From a virus: DNA of 41,199 nucleotides. Shown piece after piece: positions 9,786 through 19,900 of the stretch. The stretch spans positions 1 to 41,199 of IMG/VR virus record IMGVR_UViG_3300027509_000006; one strand, 5' to 3'. The notes under the pieces were generated by a model. That model saw only the letters and a list, made by a program, of their open reading frames with translations, did not search any database and was not told the origin of the DNA. Within the stretch, counting starts at the first letter, position 1. The number at the start of each line of letters is the position of its first letter. A program made the translations under genes and the position numbers.

Positions 9786-11012
9786 ATGTACAAATCTATC
9801 AAAGGACTAGCAATCTCCTTAACATTAGTGCTTACGATAACAATTTCAATGACCGCACAAACCATCGAAGGAGGTGGTGGTAATATTGCATTGAGTGCAG
9901 GTGCTGATCCAAACAACATTACATCAATCGCCACTCAAGACTGGACTAAAGGCGAAGCGATTTACGCAATAGATCCGCATACTCCAAAAGTTTGGATGTA
10001 TGATGACAGTCAATCGGCAGGATCGAAATGGGTAGAAGTTTCATCGGCAGGGATCAATGACTTGGCGAACGGTATTGATGTATCTCTCAATGTATCAAAT
10101 GATATAGAAGTGGATCTAGATATAGACGAATTGCCAGCAGAATCGACAGTGGACGCAGCAACAGATTACATCGCAGTATATGACGCATCTGCTGGAACAG
10201 AAGTCAAGGTACTTGCCACCAATTTCAGTGGAGGTGGTGGAACAGTTACAGGAGTCAATGACTTAGTGAATGGTATTGATTTATCTTTGAACGGTACAGA
10301 CATTGAAGCAGATATAGACATAGATGAACTTACAACAGCATCAGCAATAGATGATGCCACTGATTATCTTATAATGTATGATGACTCGGAAACAGACGAA
10401 AAGAAAGTATTAGTCGATGATATGAAGACGACTCAGTGGAGAGAGTATACTACTGGAGACAAGACTAACGACAACTCTACTGGTACTTACCATAGCGGTA
10501 ATGTAACGATAGGTGGAGGTTTTGCAAATAGTACGTCAACAGCAACCATTCTTAACAGCACGTTGCCCAGAACACTAACGACAATAGCCACAGGAACAAC
10601 AGCGGCAAACTGGTTCCTACAAGAAGCTCAGAACAATAAAGCAATAACCCACTCGCTAAAGAACACAGCAGCTCAATGGGATTTACAGACCAAAGCAACT
10701 ACGGGTGACTTTGCAATAACAGACGTTTTGAGCAGCATTGAAGTAATTAAATCAGCACCATCGACAGGTTCAGTTATATTCCCTGAATATAGGAGCAACT
10801 CAGGACTCATTCACACTGGAATAGTAGCGAGTATAGCGGCTTTTGATGATACTACTGGAAAGATAATACAGACTCAATACAGAGACAGACTAACCTACTA
10901 TGTAGACGATGCAGCAGCAACTACTGGAGGTGTAGTGGTAGAAGAGGAGTATAAGTTAGACATTGGAAACCCATATGGACAACCAAAAGGAACGATTAGA
11001 GTTAGACAATAA
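9786..11012 (+). CDS. Tail fibre-like protein with a signal-peptide-like N-terminus and an internal 67-aa tandem duplication
   Basis: The leader is MYKSIKGLAISLTLVLTITISMTAQT. It shares an N-terminal module with the 11040 gene product and a C-terminal module with the 7701 gene product. Confidence 0.65.
   Translation: MYKSIKGLAISLTLVLTITISMTAQTIEGGGGNIALSAGADPNNITSIATQDWTKGEAIYAIDPHTPKVWMYDDSQSAGSKWVEVSSAGINDLANGIDVSLNVSNDIEVDLDIDELPAESTVDAATDYIAVYDASAGTEVKVLATNFSGGGGTVTGVNDLVNGIDLSLNGTDIEADIDIDELTTASAIDDATDYLIMYDDSETDEKKVLVDDMKTTQWREYTTGDKTNDNSTGTYHSGNVTIGGGFANSTSTATILNSTLPRTLTTIATGTTAANWFLQEAQNNKAITHSLKNTAAQWDLQTKATTGDFAITDVLSSIEVIKSAPSTGSVIFPEYRSNSGLIHTGIVASIAAFDDTTGKIIQTQYRDRLTYYVDDAAATTGGVVVEEEYKLDIGNPYGQPKGTIRVRQ
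10050..10430 (+). repeat. Intragenic tandem duplication, period 201 nt (67 aa)
   Basis: Unit 1 is GINDLANGIDVSLNVSNDIEVDLDIDELPAESTVDAATDYIAVYDASAGTEVKVL. Unit 2 is GVNDLVNGIDLSLNGTDIEADIDIDELTTASAIDDATDYLIMYDDSETDEKKVL. The units start at 10050 and 10251. Confidence 0.8.
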
Positions 11013-11039
11013 TTTAAACTAAAAACAAAAGCGTAAAAG

Positions 11040-12794
11040 ATGAGACATATAATTTCACTAATCTTGATAATGCTATTGTCGAGCCTAGTTAAATCTCAAT
11101 CTATAGTAGGTGGTGCTGGCGTATGTGCGGTGAATGCAAATCCCAACTCAATCTCATCTATGGATACGAGAGACCCAAAGGATGAATGTCTAAGAGCCAT
11201 CAATCACAATACGGGACAAACTTGGAGATATGATAATTCACAAATAATTGGTAATCGATGGATTAATGAAATAGATGGAAATGGCATGTATGGCGGTTCT
11301 GGCACTGTGCCTTCCAGTACAGTCATAACCTTAACTGATAAGCTGGAGATAGATGGTGCTCTGAATATTGCAGACTCTTCTGACAATACGTTTCTAGGCG
11401 AGAATACTGGAGACCTGACCACATCTGCTCAGAATAACATATCAGTCGGTTTTGATTCTGGAAAGTCATTGACTTCCGGATCGAACAATACATTTTTTGG
11501 TTATGAGGCTGGACGAAACATCAATTCTGGCGGTGACAATATCATGCTGGGAAATGGTGCTGGGAAAATCAATACCGTGGGATCGAATAATATATTCATA
11601 GGAAATAATTCCTCATTCAATGGTGCTACAAGTAACTCAAATAAGCTGGTGATAGGACATGGAAGTTTTCCCCTGCTTTCTGGTGACCTCACGACAGGCA
11701 CTTTCAAGGTAGATGGAACTTCAGAATTCACCAGTGACATAGAACTGGATGGCTACATCAAAGATGCTAGCGGCAACCTGGGGACTAATGGACAGTTCCT
11801 CGGAAGAGATGCAAATGGAGTTAAGTGGCAGGACGCAGGTGGAGGTACTGCTGACGGAGTCGTAACAGGCTTCACAACCAATACGGCTGGAAATGCCACT
11901 AGGGGCGTGCAGCGTTCGATCGGGTCTACGCTATCCCTTAATATTGAAGACGGTGATTCAGATGACCAGAATGAACTGGATGGTGATGGGATCTATGCAG
12001 GCAGTGGTACTGTGCCTTCTTCCACTGTGACGACTTTGGCTAATACAAGCTTCGGTGCTTGGAAAATTGATAACACAGACATAGAGGTGGGCTTGAATGG
12101 ATCTTACTGGCAGATTCAAGAATCAGGCACTACAGAAAAAGTAAGAATGGGATTCTTAGGTGCTCAGAATGCAGCTATCGTCTCGGATAAAAAATTGAGC
12201 ATTTACGGCAACTCTTCAGGGCCAGGAATAATTCTGGACGACAGTGAAGTGAAACTAGCTCACAAGATAATCGATGGCACTAATGACTCGGGGAATGAAG
12301 GCGATGTCTTGACCGCTGACGCTTTTGGAAAAGTAGATTGGCAAAAGCCATTCACTCCAGAGTACGGAGGCCTGATCACTAATGCCACGACGTCTGCCAT
12401 AACCACTGGCGATACTAATCAGCACGTTTTTGATTGGACTTCTCAAGGATTTCCAGAGAGTAGTGGTCTAGTGGATGACACCACAGCAGACAAGATAACA
12501 ATCAATGAGACTGGAGTGTACAGAGTCAATGTCACATTGGCTCTGAGTGGAGATGCCAGTGGCAAGATCAGAGCGATGATTTATGAGGGTACAGGATATC
12601 AGGCAGACTACTGGATCACATTGCAAGGCATGGACAAAGAATCACACTCATTCTCAAGATTGATCAATATAACTACCTCAGATATTCCAGCAGATATAGA
12701 AATCAGATATGAGCAAGGAACAAACATTGCACCGAATGTGGACACAATGGAATCCACCTCCACATTTGAGATAGTGAAAATTTCAGAACTATGA
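11040..12794 (+). CDS. Tail fibre protein with Gly/Asn-rich fibre repeats
   Basis: The leader is MRHIISLILIMLLSSLVKSQS. The stretch NISVGFDSGKSLTSGSNNTFFGYEAGRNINSGGDNIMLGNGAGKINTVGSNNIFIGN resembles the short repeats of phage fibres and YadA-head-like adhesins. The module DG(N/D)G(M/I)Y(G/A)GSGTVPSSTV occurs twice, near 11273 and near 11979. Confidence 0.7.
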   Translation: MRHIISLILIMLLSSLVKSQSIVGGAGVCAVNANPNSISSMDTRDPKDECLRAINHNTGQTWRYDNSQIIGNRWINEIDGNGMYGGSGTVPSSTVITLTDKLEIDGALNIADSSDNTFLGENTGDLTTSAQNNISVGFDSGKSLTSGSNNTFFGYEAGRNINSGGDNIMLGNGAGKINTVGSNNIFIGNNSSFNGATSNSNKLVIGHGSFPLLSGDLTTGTFKVDGTSEFTSDIELDGYIKDASGNLGTNGQFLGRDANGVKWQDAGGGTADGVVTGFTTNTAGNATRGVQRSIGSTLSLNIEDGDSDDQNELDGDGIYAGSGTVPSSTVTTLANTSFGAWKIDNTDIEVGLNGSYWQIQESGTTEKVRMGFLGAQNAAIVSDKKLSIYGNSSGPGIILDDSEVKLAHKIIDGTNDSGNEGDVLTADAFGKVDWQKPFTPEYGGLITNATTSAITTGDTNQHVFDWTSQGFPESSGLVDDTTADKITINETGVYRVNVTLALSGDASGKIRAMIYEGTGYQADYWITLQGMDKESHSFSRLINITTSDIPADIEIRYEQGTNIAPNVDTMESTSTFEIVKISEL

Positions 12795-12797
12795 TTT

Positions 12798-12808
12798 TTC
12801 TGTCCTAT
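12798..12808 (+). promoter_or_regulatory. Intergenic motif TTCTGTCCTAT (copy B)
   Basis: Lies in the 64-bp gap 57 nt upstream of ATG 12859. The same 11-mer occurs at 27053..27063, and a one-off variant occurs at 21716..21727. Confidence 0.35.
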
Positions 12809-12858
12809 CCCGCGCCTGCACACTAATATAATTTTACATCTCAAATTCAAATAACAGC

Positions 12859-13995
12859 ATGAAACCTGTCTATTTCCGAAAGTCTACCACTTCACAACCA
12901 AACGTCAATAAGGACTCACGTGTCATTACTGACGTAATTATGGCTCAAGTAGGACAAGCTGAAGGTCATGACGTCCACATCGAGCTGGCAGAACTACAGA
13001 AGGCCGCTAAGCAAGCCAATCGTCTGAAAAAGTTACCGTCTGAGTACGGTCACAATTTCGGAGAAGGGCTTGATAAAGCCTTAGGCTACTTCTACAATGT
13101 GAGAATGGATGGCAATAAGATGGTAGGCGACTTGCAGATATTTGAAAGTGCAGATAAATCCCCTACACATCCAGGTATGGGCTCTCATATTCTCGCCTTG
13201 GCCAGTGAGGACAAGTCCAGAGTCAATTCCTCGATCAAGTTCTACCCTGGTGAGAAATACCAGAGAGACAGTACAGGATTAAAAATCAGAGTCAGTTATT
13301 ATAACCAAGATTCTGGATGGGTAAGCCCATTAGAGGAATATGGAAATGTCTATCGTGAGATCCAGCAGCTCAAGGGCTGCGACATGGTCGGTGATGGCGC
13401 TTTGACTGAAGAACTCTACAGCACTCAAGATCAAATGCTGAGCAACCTCCACCAGATCATCTATGATGAGCGCTTCCCTGCTCTACTGGAGACGCATGGA
13501 GAAGAGCTCACAGTCCTAGCTGAATTCTATCACAAGAAAGAAAGCGAAGGCCTGATCGCCACATTCAAAAACTTTATTTCAGACAAATTCAAAACCCCAA
13601 TGGATACCAAACCAACCCCAGAACCGACTCTACAAGAAAAGCATGATGCCCTGGCTGCTGAACTTGCAGAATTCAAGTCAGGCAAGAAAAAGCCCGACCC
13701 AGTAGCGCCTACCCTGCAAGAGCAATTCGAGGCCCTACAGACAGAACTTGAGGAATTCAAGTCAGGCAAGCGACAACCAGAGCCAGCAGCGCCTACCATA
13801 GAATCAGCGCTACAAGTGCAATTCGATGCGCTCAAGAAAGAAATTGCTGAGCTCCAGAAAGGCCCAGCTGCACCTGAGACAAGAACTGAAACCACGGAGG
13901 ATCCACCAGCGGACCCTAAGCAACGTGCTTACAGCTCCATGCCTATCCACCAGCAAGCAATTGCCAAGGGACTAGGTGAAAAAGCCTCAGCGTAA
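12859..13995 (+). CDS. Putative prohead protease/scaffolding protein
   Basis: 378 aa, immediately upstream of the capsid candidate. The C-terminal half has three 28-aa helical Q/E/L/K repeats, which is scaffold-like. The N-terminal half (YGHNFGEGLDKALGYFYNVRMDGNKMVGDLQIF) loosely resembles prohead protease families, judged from memory only. Confidence 0.45.
   Translation: MKPVYFRKSTTSQPNVNKDSRVITDVIMAQVGQAEGHDVHIELAELQKAAKQANRLKKLPSEYGHNFGEGLDKALGYFYNVRMDGNKMVGDLQIFESADKSPTHPGMGSHILALASEDKSRVNSSIKFYPGEKYQRDSTGLKIRVSYYNQDSGWVSPLEEYGNVYREIQQLKGCDMVGDGALTEELYSTQDQMLSNLHQIIYDERFPALLETHGEELTVLAEFYHKKESEGLIATFKNFISDKFKTPMDTKPTPEPTLQEKHDALAAELAEFKSGKKKPDPVAPTLQEQFEALQTELEEFKSGKRQPEPAAPTIESALQVQFDALKKEIAELQKGPAAPETRTETTEDPPADPKQRAYSSMPIHQQAIAKGLGEKASA
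13623..13874 (+). repeat. Three tandem 84-nt (28-aa) repeats inside the scaffold-like gene
   Basis: The exact 18-mer GAATTCAAGTCAGGCAAG occurs at 13669 and at 13753, 84 nt apart. The peptide units are PTLQEKHDALAAELAEFKSGKKKPDPVA, PTLQEQFEALQTELEEFKSGKRQPEPAA and PTIESALQVQFDALKKEIAELQKGPAAP. Confidence 0.85.
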
Positions 13996-14040
13996 TTCTC
14001 AAAAAAAAATTCATAACGACCCAAAAAACTTAACCATAGA

Positions 14041-14982
14041 ATGTCATTAAATCTAATAGACGTAAAAGCATACCAGGACTATGTTGAGGATTTCAATCCT
14101 CAGATCATGTCCCAGATGTTCCTGGAGTTTGACACTCCCGCCTTCGCCACGCTCCACGAGGGGCTGAAAGGCAAAGAAGTCCTCACAGAGATGTTTGTAG
14201 GTGATCTGGTGCAAGCTGGAAAAACCACCTTCGATCCTAAGACGGACAGCTTGAAATTCACACCGAGAGTCTTGGAGACAAGATCTTGCAAGGTGGACAT
14301 AGAGCTCTATCCTCAGAATTTTGATAAGTCCTATCTGGGCGCATTGAGATCCAGAGGTGTGACACCTACTGAGTTGCCTTTCCCTGGCTTCATAACTGAA
14401 AAGATCACAGGAAAGATCGCTCAGGAAAACGAGATAGCATCCTGGGGAGGTAAGAGACTGGCTACAGTGCCGGATGGATCTCTCATCAATGATGTAGTCG
14501 ATGGCTATCAGGAGATCTGCAAGCAAGAAATTGCTGACGGTAATCTGACACCAGTGGTCACAGGAGCCATCACTAATACCAATGCAGTGGAAAAAGCAAG
14601 GCTAGTCTATAAGGCACTCGCTCCACAGTATCAGAAAACAGCACTTACGGCTTTCGTGTCACCTGACCACTTGCTGAAACTTCAGGAAGATTATCAGGAG
14701 CGATATGGTAAGTACACCACCTCTGATGGAACCACTTTCAGATTCGGTATAGGCCTAGGTAATGGAGGTGTGACCTTCAGAGCTTGTGCAGGGATAACAG
14801 GAGACTTCATGATGATGACGCCTGAATCCAACTTGCACTATGGCTATGCTGACGAAGGTCCACTATTGAGATTCCAGACCCATTACAGACAGCTGGCAAT
14901 AATGTCAGATTTCTGGATAGGCTATCAGATAGGAATCATCAGCGACCAGCTATTGAGGACTAACGATCAAGGCATCGCCTAA
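14041..14982 (+). CDS. Putative major capsid protein
   Basis: 313 aa. It follows the scaffold-like gene and is followed by a hairpin terminator. The size fits an HK97-fold capsid protein. No motif was verified. Confidence 0.6.
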   Translation: MSLNLIDVKAYQDYVEDFNPQIMSQMFLEFDTPAFATLHEGLKGKEVLTEMFVGDLVQAGKTTFDPKTDSLKFTPRVLETRSCKVDIELYPQNFDKSYLGALRSRGVTPTELPFPGFITEKITGKIAQENEIASWGGKRLATVPDGSLINDVVDGYQEICKQEIADGNLTPVVTGAITNTNAVEKARLVYKALAPQYQKTALTAFVSPDHLLKLQEDYQERYGKYTTSDGTTFRFGIGLGNGGVTFRACAGITGDFMMMTPESNLHYGYADEGPLLRFQTHYRQLAIMSDFWIGYQIGIISDQLLRTNDQGIA

Positions 14983-15001
14983 GATAAAACCCCATGCAAA
15001 A

Positions 15002-15049
15002 GAGCAGGCGTGAACCCCATGCCGGGAAATTAGCGTCTGCTCACTTTTT
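15002..15049 (+). terminator. Rho-independent terminator-like hairpin after the capsid gene
   Basis: GAGCAGGCG (15002..15010) pairs with CGTCTGCTC (15034..15042) as a 9-bp stem with one G-U pair. The sequence ACTTTTT follows. Confidence 0.5.
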
Positions 15050-15072
15050 CAATCCAAAAAAAATCAGCACTC

Positions 15073-15498
15073 ATGGCAGCAAAAAAAAATACACCAGCAA
15101 AGAAAGCTCCTGAAGCCAAGCCAGCGCCCAAGGCACCAGCACCAGCTGCAAAAGAGCCAACTACTGATCCTATCACAGATCCTATAATGTTAGGCAAAAT
15201 CGAAACGCTGGAAACCACAGTGAACGAATTAGCTGAAGAGCTCAAAGCTCAGAAAGCTGAGAATGCGGAGCTCAAGAAATTGATCAAGAAAGCAGCTAAG
15301 AATGATCCGTCATTACTCAAGCCAGCCAGCAAGGACAAGCCACTCATGAAAATTGACAAAAAGGAATATCAATTGAAATTCCCTCGTGTCAATATTCCTG
15401 GTACAGGAGACGTAACTGCCGAGATGGTAGCCGAGGACAAAGACCTCCAGAAGAAGATCATGACAGATCTTCCCAGCCTCATGGTAGAGGTGGAGTAA
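15073..15498 (+). CDS. Ala/Pro/Lys-rich protein with a coiled-coil segment (head-associated?)
   Basis: 141 aa. The N-terminus is the low-complexity stretch MAAKKNTPAKKAPEAKPAPKAPAPAAKEP, followed by a heptad-like LETTVNELAEELKAQKAENAELKKLIKK segment. It lies between the capsid and tail tube candidates. Confidence 0.55.
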   Translation: MAAKKNTPAKKAPEAKPAPKAPAPAAKEPTTDPITDPIMLGKIETLETTVNELAEELKAQKAENAELKKLIKKAAKNDPSLLKPASKDKPLMKIDKKEYQLKFPRVNIPGTGDVTAEMVAEDKDLQKKIMTDLPSLMVEVE

Positions 15499-15539
15499 AA
15501 CCAATTTTTTTTCAAATTAATCTCTAAAATCAAAACCTG

Positions 15540-16046
15540 ATGTCGAATACAATCGATGCCGTCTGTGGAAAAGGAAACGCAGTCGGACTTAAAAATAAAA
15601 TCTACGTCGTCAACCAAGCTGATGTGGATTCCATTCCTGATCCCGTCTTGGATACTGATGGAAACCCTACCCTTAAAATAGAGGGCGACATAGTACTGAA
15701 GACAGGCAAAGTCTGGGCTTCATGGGCTATCTCACCTAATGAGCAGTCTTACAAGACCACCTCCGAAGGTGACGAAGATGGCAGCTCTAAGAAAGTCGAA
15801 GTCAAATTCTTCATTCCTAGAATGTCCGCATTCAAGTCACTGGTCATAGGATCTGATGATCCTTGCCCTAAGCTTATCATCATCAAGGATGCCAATGGTG
15901 AGCAGAGATTACTCGGTGACATCGAGACAGGCGCTTACACTTCTGGTGATGAGCAGACTAATCCTAAGAATGGATATGTCGTCACTGGTAAGTATAATGC
16001 TGGAGATCGATTCCCGTATTTCTACACCGGAGCCATCACAACCTAA
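15540..16046 (+). CDS. Putative major tail (tube) protein
   Basis: 168 aa. It lies between the head genes and the tape measure, and a strong terminator region follows. The call rests on size and position. Confidence 0.5.
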   Translation: MSNTIDAVCGKGNAVGLKNKIYVVNQADVDSIPDPVLDTDGNPTLKIEGDIVLKTGKVWASWAISPNEQSYKTTSEGDEDGSSKKVEVKFFIPRMSAFKSLVIGSDDPCPKLIIIKDANGEQRLLGDIETGAYTSGDEQTNPKNGYVVTGKYNAGDRFPYFYTGAITT

Positions 16047-16076
16047 AAACCCAGTCACTAACTAAGTAAAAACCAG

Positions 16077-16250
16077 ATGGCAGCAAAATACAACGGCCCA
16101 GCATACAATCGAGGAATCGTCATAGATGGAAAAACCTATGATCCCAAGAAAATGGATGACAAGGCCAAAGCCACTTTCCTTAAGAAGTATCCTGCCAGAT
16201 CACATTGGTGGTCAGAAGGAAAAACGAAGAAAGGCACGGCAGACAAGTAA
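16077..16250 (+). CDS. Small basic hypothetical protein (57 aa, below the ORF-track cutoff)
   Basis: Hand translation from ATG 16077 to TAA 16248..16250 gives MAAKYNGPAYNRGIVIDGKTYDPKKMDDKAKATFLKKYPARSHWWSEGKTKKGTADK. A terminator follows 40 nt downstream. Confidence 0.45.
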   Translation: MAAKYNGPAYNRGIVIDGKTYDPKKMDDKAKATFLKKYPARSHWWSEGKTKKGTADK

Positions 16251-16289
16251 AGCTTCTTTGACCGAGGTGTTTTATAAATTGTTCAGCAG

Positions 16290-16321
16290 ATAGGTTGCCA
16301 GAAGTGGTGGCCTATTTTTTT
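16290..16321 (+). terminator. Rho-independent terminator
   Basis: ATAGGTTGCC (16290..16299) pairs with GGTGGCCTAT (16306..16315) across the loop AGAAGT. The stem is 10 bp including G-U pairs, and a T6 run follows at 16316..16321. Confidence 0.6.
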
Positions 16322-16491
16322 GCTATATTGTGATTATGCAACACAAGGATCCTAGAATTTCTTGGGAGGTCTTTTTCTACAGTGTAGGCCTCTTATTGTT
16401 CATTGCCTTATGCCAATATCTTGCAGAATTCTTTTTTGCGTCCTAGCACCTGAAGCCATTCTCTTTTAACTCTGTATTTCAATAATCAACG

Positions 16492-16977
16492 GTGGATACC
16501 CCCAGAGACATCATCAATGACGTGCTAGCCGCGTGGGCATTAGAGTTCATTCAGAACCGTGTCCAGGCAGCTCAGAAACTTGGCTCAGCATCAGGCAGAG
16601 GTAAGAATTCTTTTGATTACAAGGTGATCAAGGGTGAAGTGGCACGAGTGCTTTTTGAGTTTGAGGGATACATGAGATTTCAGGATATGCGCAAAGTCCG
16701 TAACCGTGGCAATAGACCTTTCGAGGATATCTTACAATACGTCAAGGATAAAGGTGTCAACAAATTCATCAATGGTTTCAAGTACAAGATCCCCTCATCC
16801 AATGTCAAGCTGATGAATCAGATCGCCTGGGGAATCGTCAAGTCCAAGAAACCGATCAAGCGTAAGAAATGGTATAACAAAGGCAAGGAAAAAGACATCC
16901 ATTCCCTCTATGGCAGACTACTGGCCGCACTCAGGGAACACCAGGCTGATACACTCAGAAAATCACTTGCAGCATGA
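16492..16977 (+). CDS. Hypothetical protein upstream of the tape measure (possible tail assembly factor)
   Basis: 161 aa from GTG 16492, with no early in-frame ATG. It overlaps the tape measure start by 4 nt. The basic C-terminus is atypical for a tail chaperone. Confidence 0.45.
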   Translation: MDTPRDIINDVLAAWALEFIQNRVQAAQKLGSASGRGKNSFDYKVIKGEVARVLFEFEGYMRFQDMRKVRNRGNRPFEDILQYVKDKGVNKFINGFKYKIPSSNVKLMNQIAWGIVKSKKPIKRKKWYNKGKEKDIHSLYGRLLAALREHQADTLRKSLAA

Positions 16978-19900
16978 GTATCAGACGTGATAAAATACAA
17001 CTCGAAGTCGAGATCAACGGCCAGAAGGCTGGTCAGTCATATCGTGAATTAATCAATGATTCCAGAAACCTGAAGCGCGAGCTACTGGCATTGACACCTG
17101 GCACGGATGCCTTTGTCAAAAAATCTGCTGAGCTCAGAAAAGTGAATGATAGACTAGGCGAAATCAGAAGGCAGACAAGAGGCGTCAGAACAGAAAGTAA
17201 TTCAGTTATTTCAGTGCTTAAGAAATTCTCACCAGCACTGGCCGCAGCTTTTGTCATTCGTTCTGCTAAGCGATTTTTCGATTTCATATCAGCCCAGACT
17301 TCAGGTCTGGACTTACTTAAAAATAAATTCACAACCGTATTCGGTGACGCAGCCATTCTTGTGGAAGAATCTGCTAACAAGCAGGCTATTGCACTCGGCC
17401 TTACTCGTAATGAGTATAAAAAGCTGACAGCACAGGCTGGTGATCTACTCATCCCAATGGGATTTCAGCGGGTAGAAGCAGCCAAGTTATCCACCGAAAT
17501 GATTAGTCTTTCGGGTGCATTGAGTGCTTGGACTGGTGGTCAGAAAACATCCACTGAGGTATCAGACATCTTATCAAAAGCACTACTAGGTGAGAGGGAG
17601 CAGCTTAAGACATTAGGGATATCTATTCAGGAGAATGATGTGAAGCAAAGACTAGCCGCAAAAGGTATGTCTAAGCTTACTGGCACAGCCCTCCAGCAAG
17701 CCAAGGCTATGGCAACACTTGAGCTCATAACTGAAAAGTCTGGTGATGCTCAGGAGAGTTTCAGGAAGAATGGAGAAGGACTCATCCAGACCAAGGCTCG
17801 GATCATAGCCAAGATAAATGAAGCCGCTGGAAGAATGGCCGCGCTCTTTCTGCCAGCCTTCGAGAAAGGTGTGGTAGTCGTGGAAAAACTCTTGACTACC
17901 TTATTCGCATTAGGTGTGGGTCTGACTAAGATTCCAGCTTTTCTCAAGGAGAACAGAGTCCAGCTGATAGCTTTCACCGTGGCTGTCATATCATTCAATT
18001 CTCAGGCCATCATAGCGAATGCTCAGCTCTTACTGCTCAGCGCCAATCTACTCAGAAAGGCAGCAGCAGCCAAGGCTACAGCAATTGCAACTGCAGTAAT
18101 GACAGCTTCCCAGAAAGGTCTCACTGCGGCTATGAGAGCTAATCCCATCGGTCTCATCATCACAGCTCTGGCCTTACTGGCAGCAGGGCTGGAATTAGCT
18201 TATAGACGATCTGAAACATTCAGAGCTGTTGTAGATGGATTAGGATCACTAGCCAAGGAAACATTCAAGATAATATCTGAAGCTGCTGGATCATTCGCCA
18301 AGGGTTTTCAACTTATCAAGTCTGGTGAGATTCTGAATGGATTGAAAGAGATAGGCACTGGACTCAAAAAGTCCAATCCTGTTTCCATCGCATTCACAGA
18401 AGGAAAGAGACTGAAACAAGCATTCTCAAATGGCTTTGACGCCTCGAAGGAAAAATCCCTTCTAGCTGGTCAAGCAGCTGCCATAAATGAGTCATCAGGA
18501 GAATTAGTGAAAGCAGGTTCTGATGCTGGGATATTGGCTGGCCAAGCGATAACAGACGGCATCAACTCACGTCTGAAGAAACTATCCTTAGCCACTCCAG
18601 ACAAAGATAAGTCCAAGAAGAAAAGCACCTCAAAACAAGACCTCGCTCTCAAAGCCCTCAAGGCCCAAGCCAAAAAAGAATTGCAGGAACTGGAGATCCT
18701 GAACAAACAGAAAAAAAGCACAGAAGCGGAATATCAGGCCGCTACCCTGAAATCCAAAAAAGACAACTTCCAGAAGCAGCTGGATCTCCTGGTACAATTC
18801 GGCCAGACTAATTCTGACACCTACAGAGAGACCTATATCAATCTACTCGAGGTGGATGATCAGATCGCTCAGCAGAGCCTGGAGAAGCGTATCGCAGGCA
18901 TCAAGGACATCCAGGATACGGAAATACAAGAACTCAAGCTGTCACGAGAACAGCAGCGTATCACAGAACAGGCCTATGATGAGCAAGTCCTGGAGAGCCG
19001 CAGAACCTTCCTGACACAGAAACTGGAGATCCTACGAGCAGGCGACCAGCAAGAGACCAGCCTCTACAGAGAGGCCCAGATAGAGCTGGCATCCGTGCAG
19101 CGAGAGATAACGGATCAGAAGGTAACCGCGCAACTGGAGGCTATCAAGACTGCTTCCAGTCACGAGCTCACCGAGCTGCAGCAGAAGTTCCTCAATAGAT
19201 TGCTGACAGAACAGGAATATGAGGAGCAAGCGCTGCTGAATAAGCAGTCAGAGCTGGAACGTAAAGCAGAACTCCTCCAGAAATATGGTCTCCAGGAAAC
19301 AGAGGCTTTCGCCAAAAACCAAGCAGATCAGCTGAAGGTCCAGCAAGATATCGATGGTAAGAAGCTGGAGAATTCCAAGCGGACAGAAGATCTGAAAAAT
19401 CAACTGCAGCAGGCCAGCAAAGCATTAGCAACTGATACCCTAAATTTTGCCATACAGATATTAGGTCAGGATGAGGCAGCCAGGAAGAAACACAGTAATG
19501 CCATCAAGGCCATAGAGATTGCCAAGATTGCAGGGAACCTGGGTTTTGAGATAGCAGGTATCTGGAAGAATGCACCGGAAGGTGGACTCATAGCCGGGCC
19601 TATCATCGCAGGCGTCCAGACCGCTGCGGCTGTCATAAGAGCAGCTAAGAATACAGCCACGGTAGCAAAGCAGAAATTCTATCACGGTGGATATGCTTCA
19701 GCTGGCTACACCGGTCACCACGCCATCTACCACGATGGCCTCGATGGTGTAGTGAATGCAGATCTGCACGTGGGAGAATACGTCAACCCCAAGTGGCAAG
19801 TCCGTCACCCGGTATTCGGAAAGGTGATCAACTGGATGGATACCTACAGGAGAAATCCGAGTCAGATCATCCAGCCACTGAAATTCATGTCAGGTGGTTA

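Noticed and set aside
16047-16977. A G/GT-type programmed -1 frameshift in tail chaperone genes upstream of the tape measure
   Set aside because: I found no pair of overlapping ORFs with a slippery heptamer here. The region instead holds a 57-aa ORF, a terminator, a doubtful 36-aa hydrophobic micro-ORF (16336..16446) and a basic 161-aa ORF.
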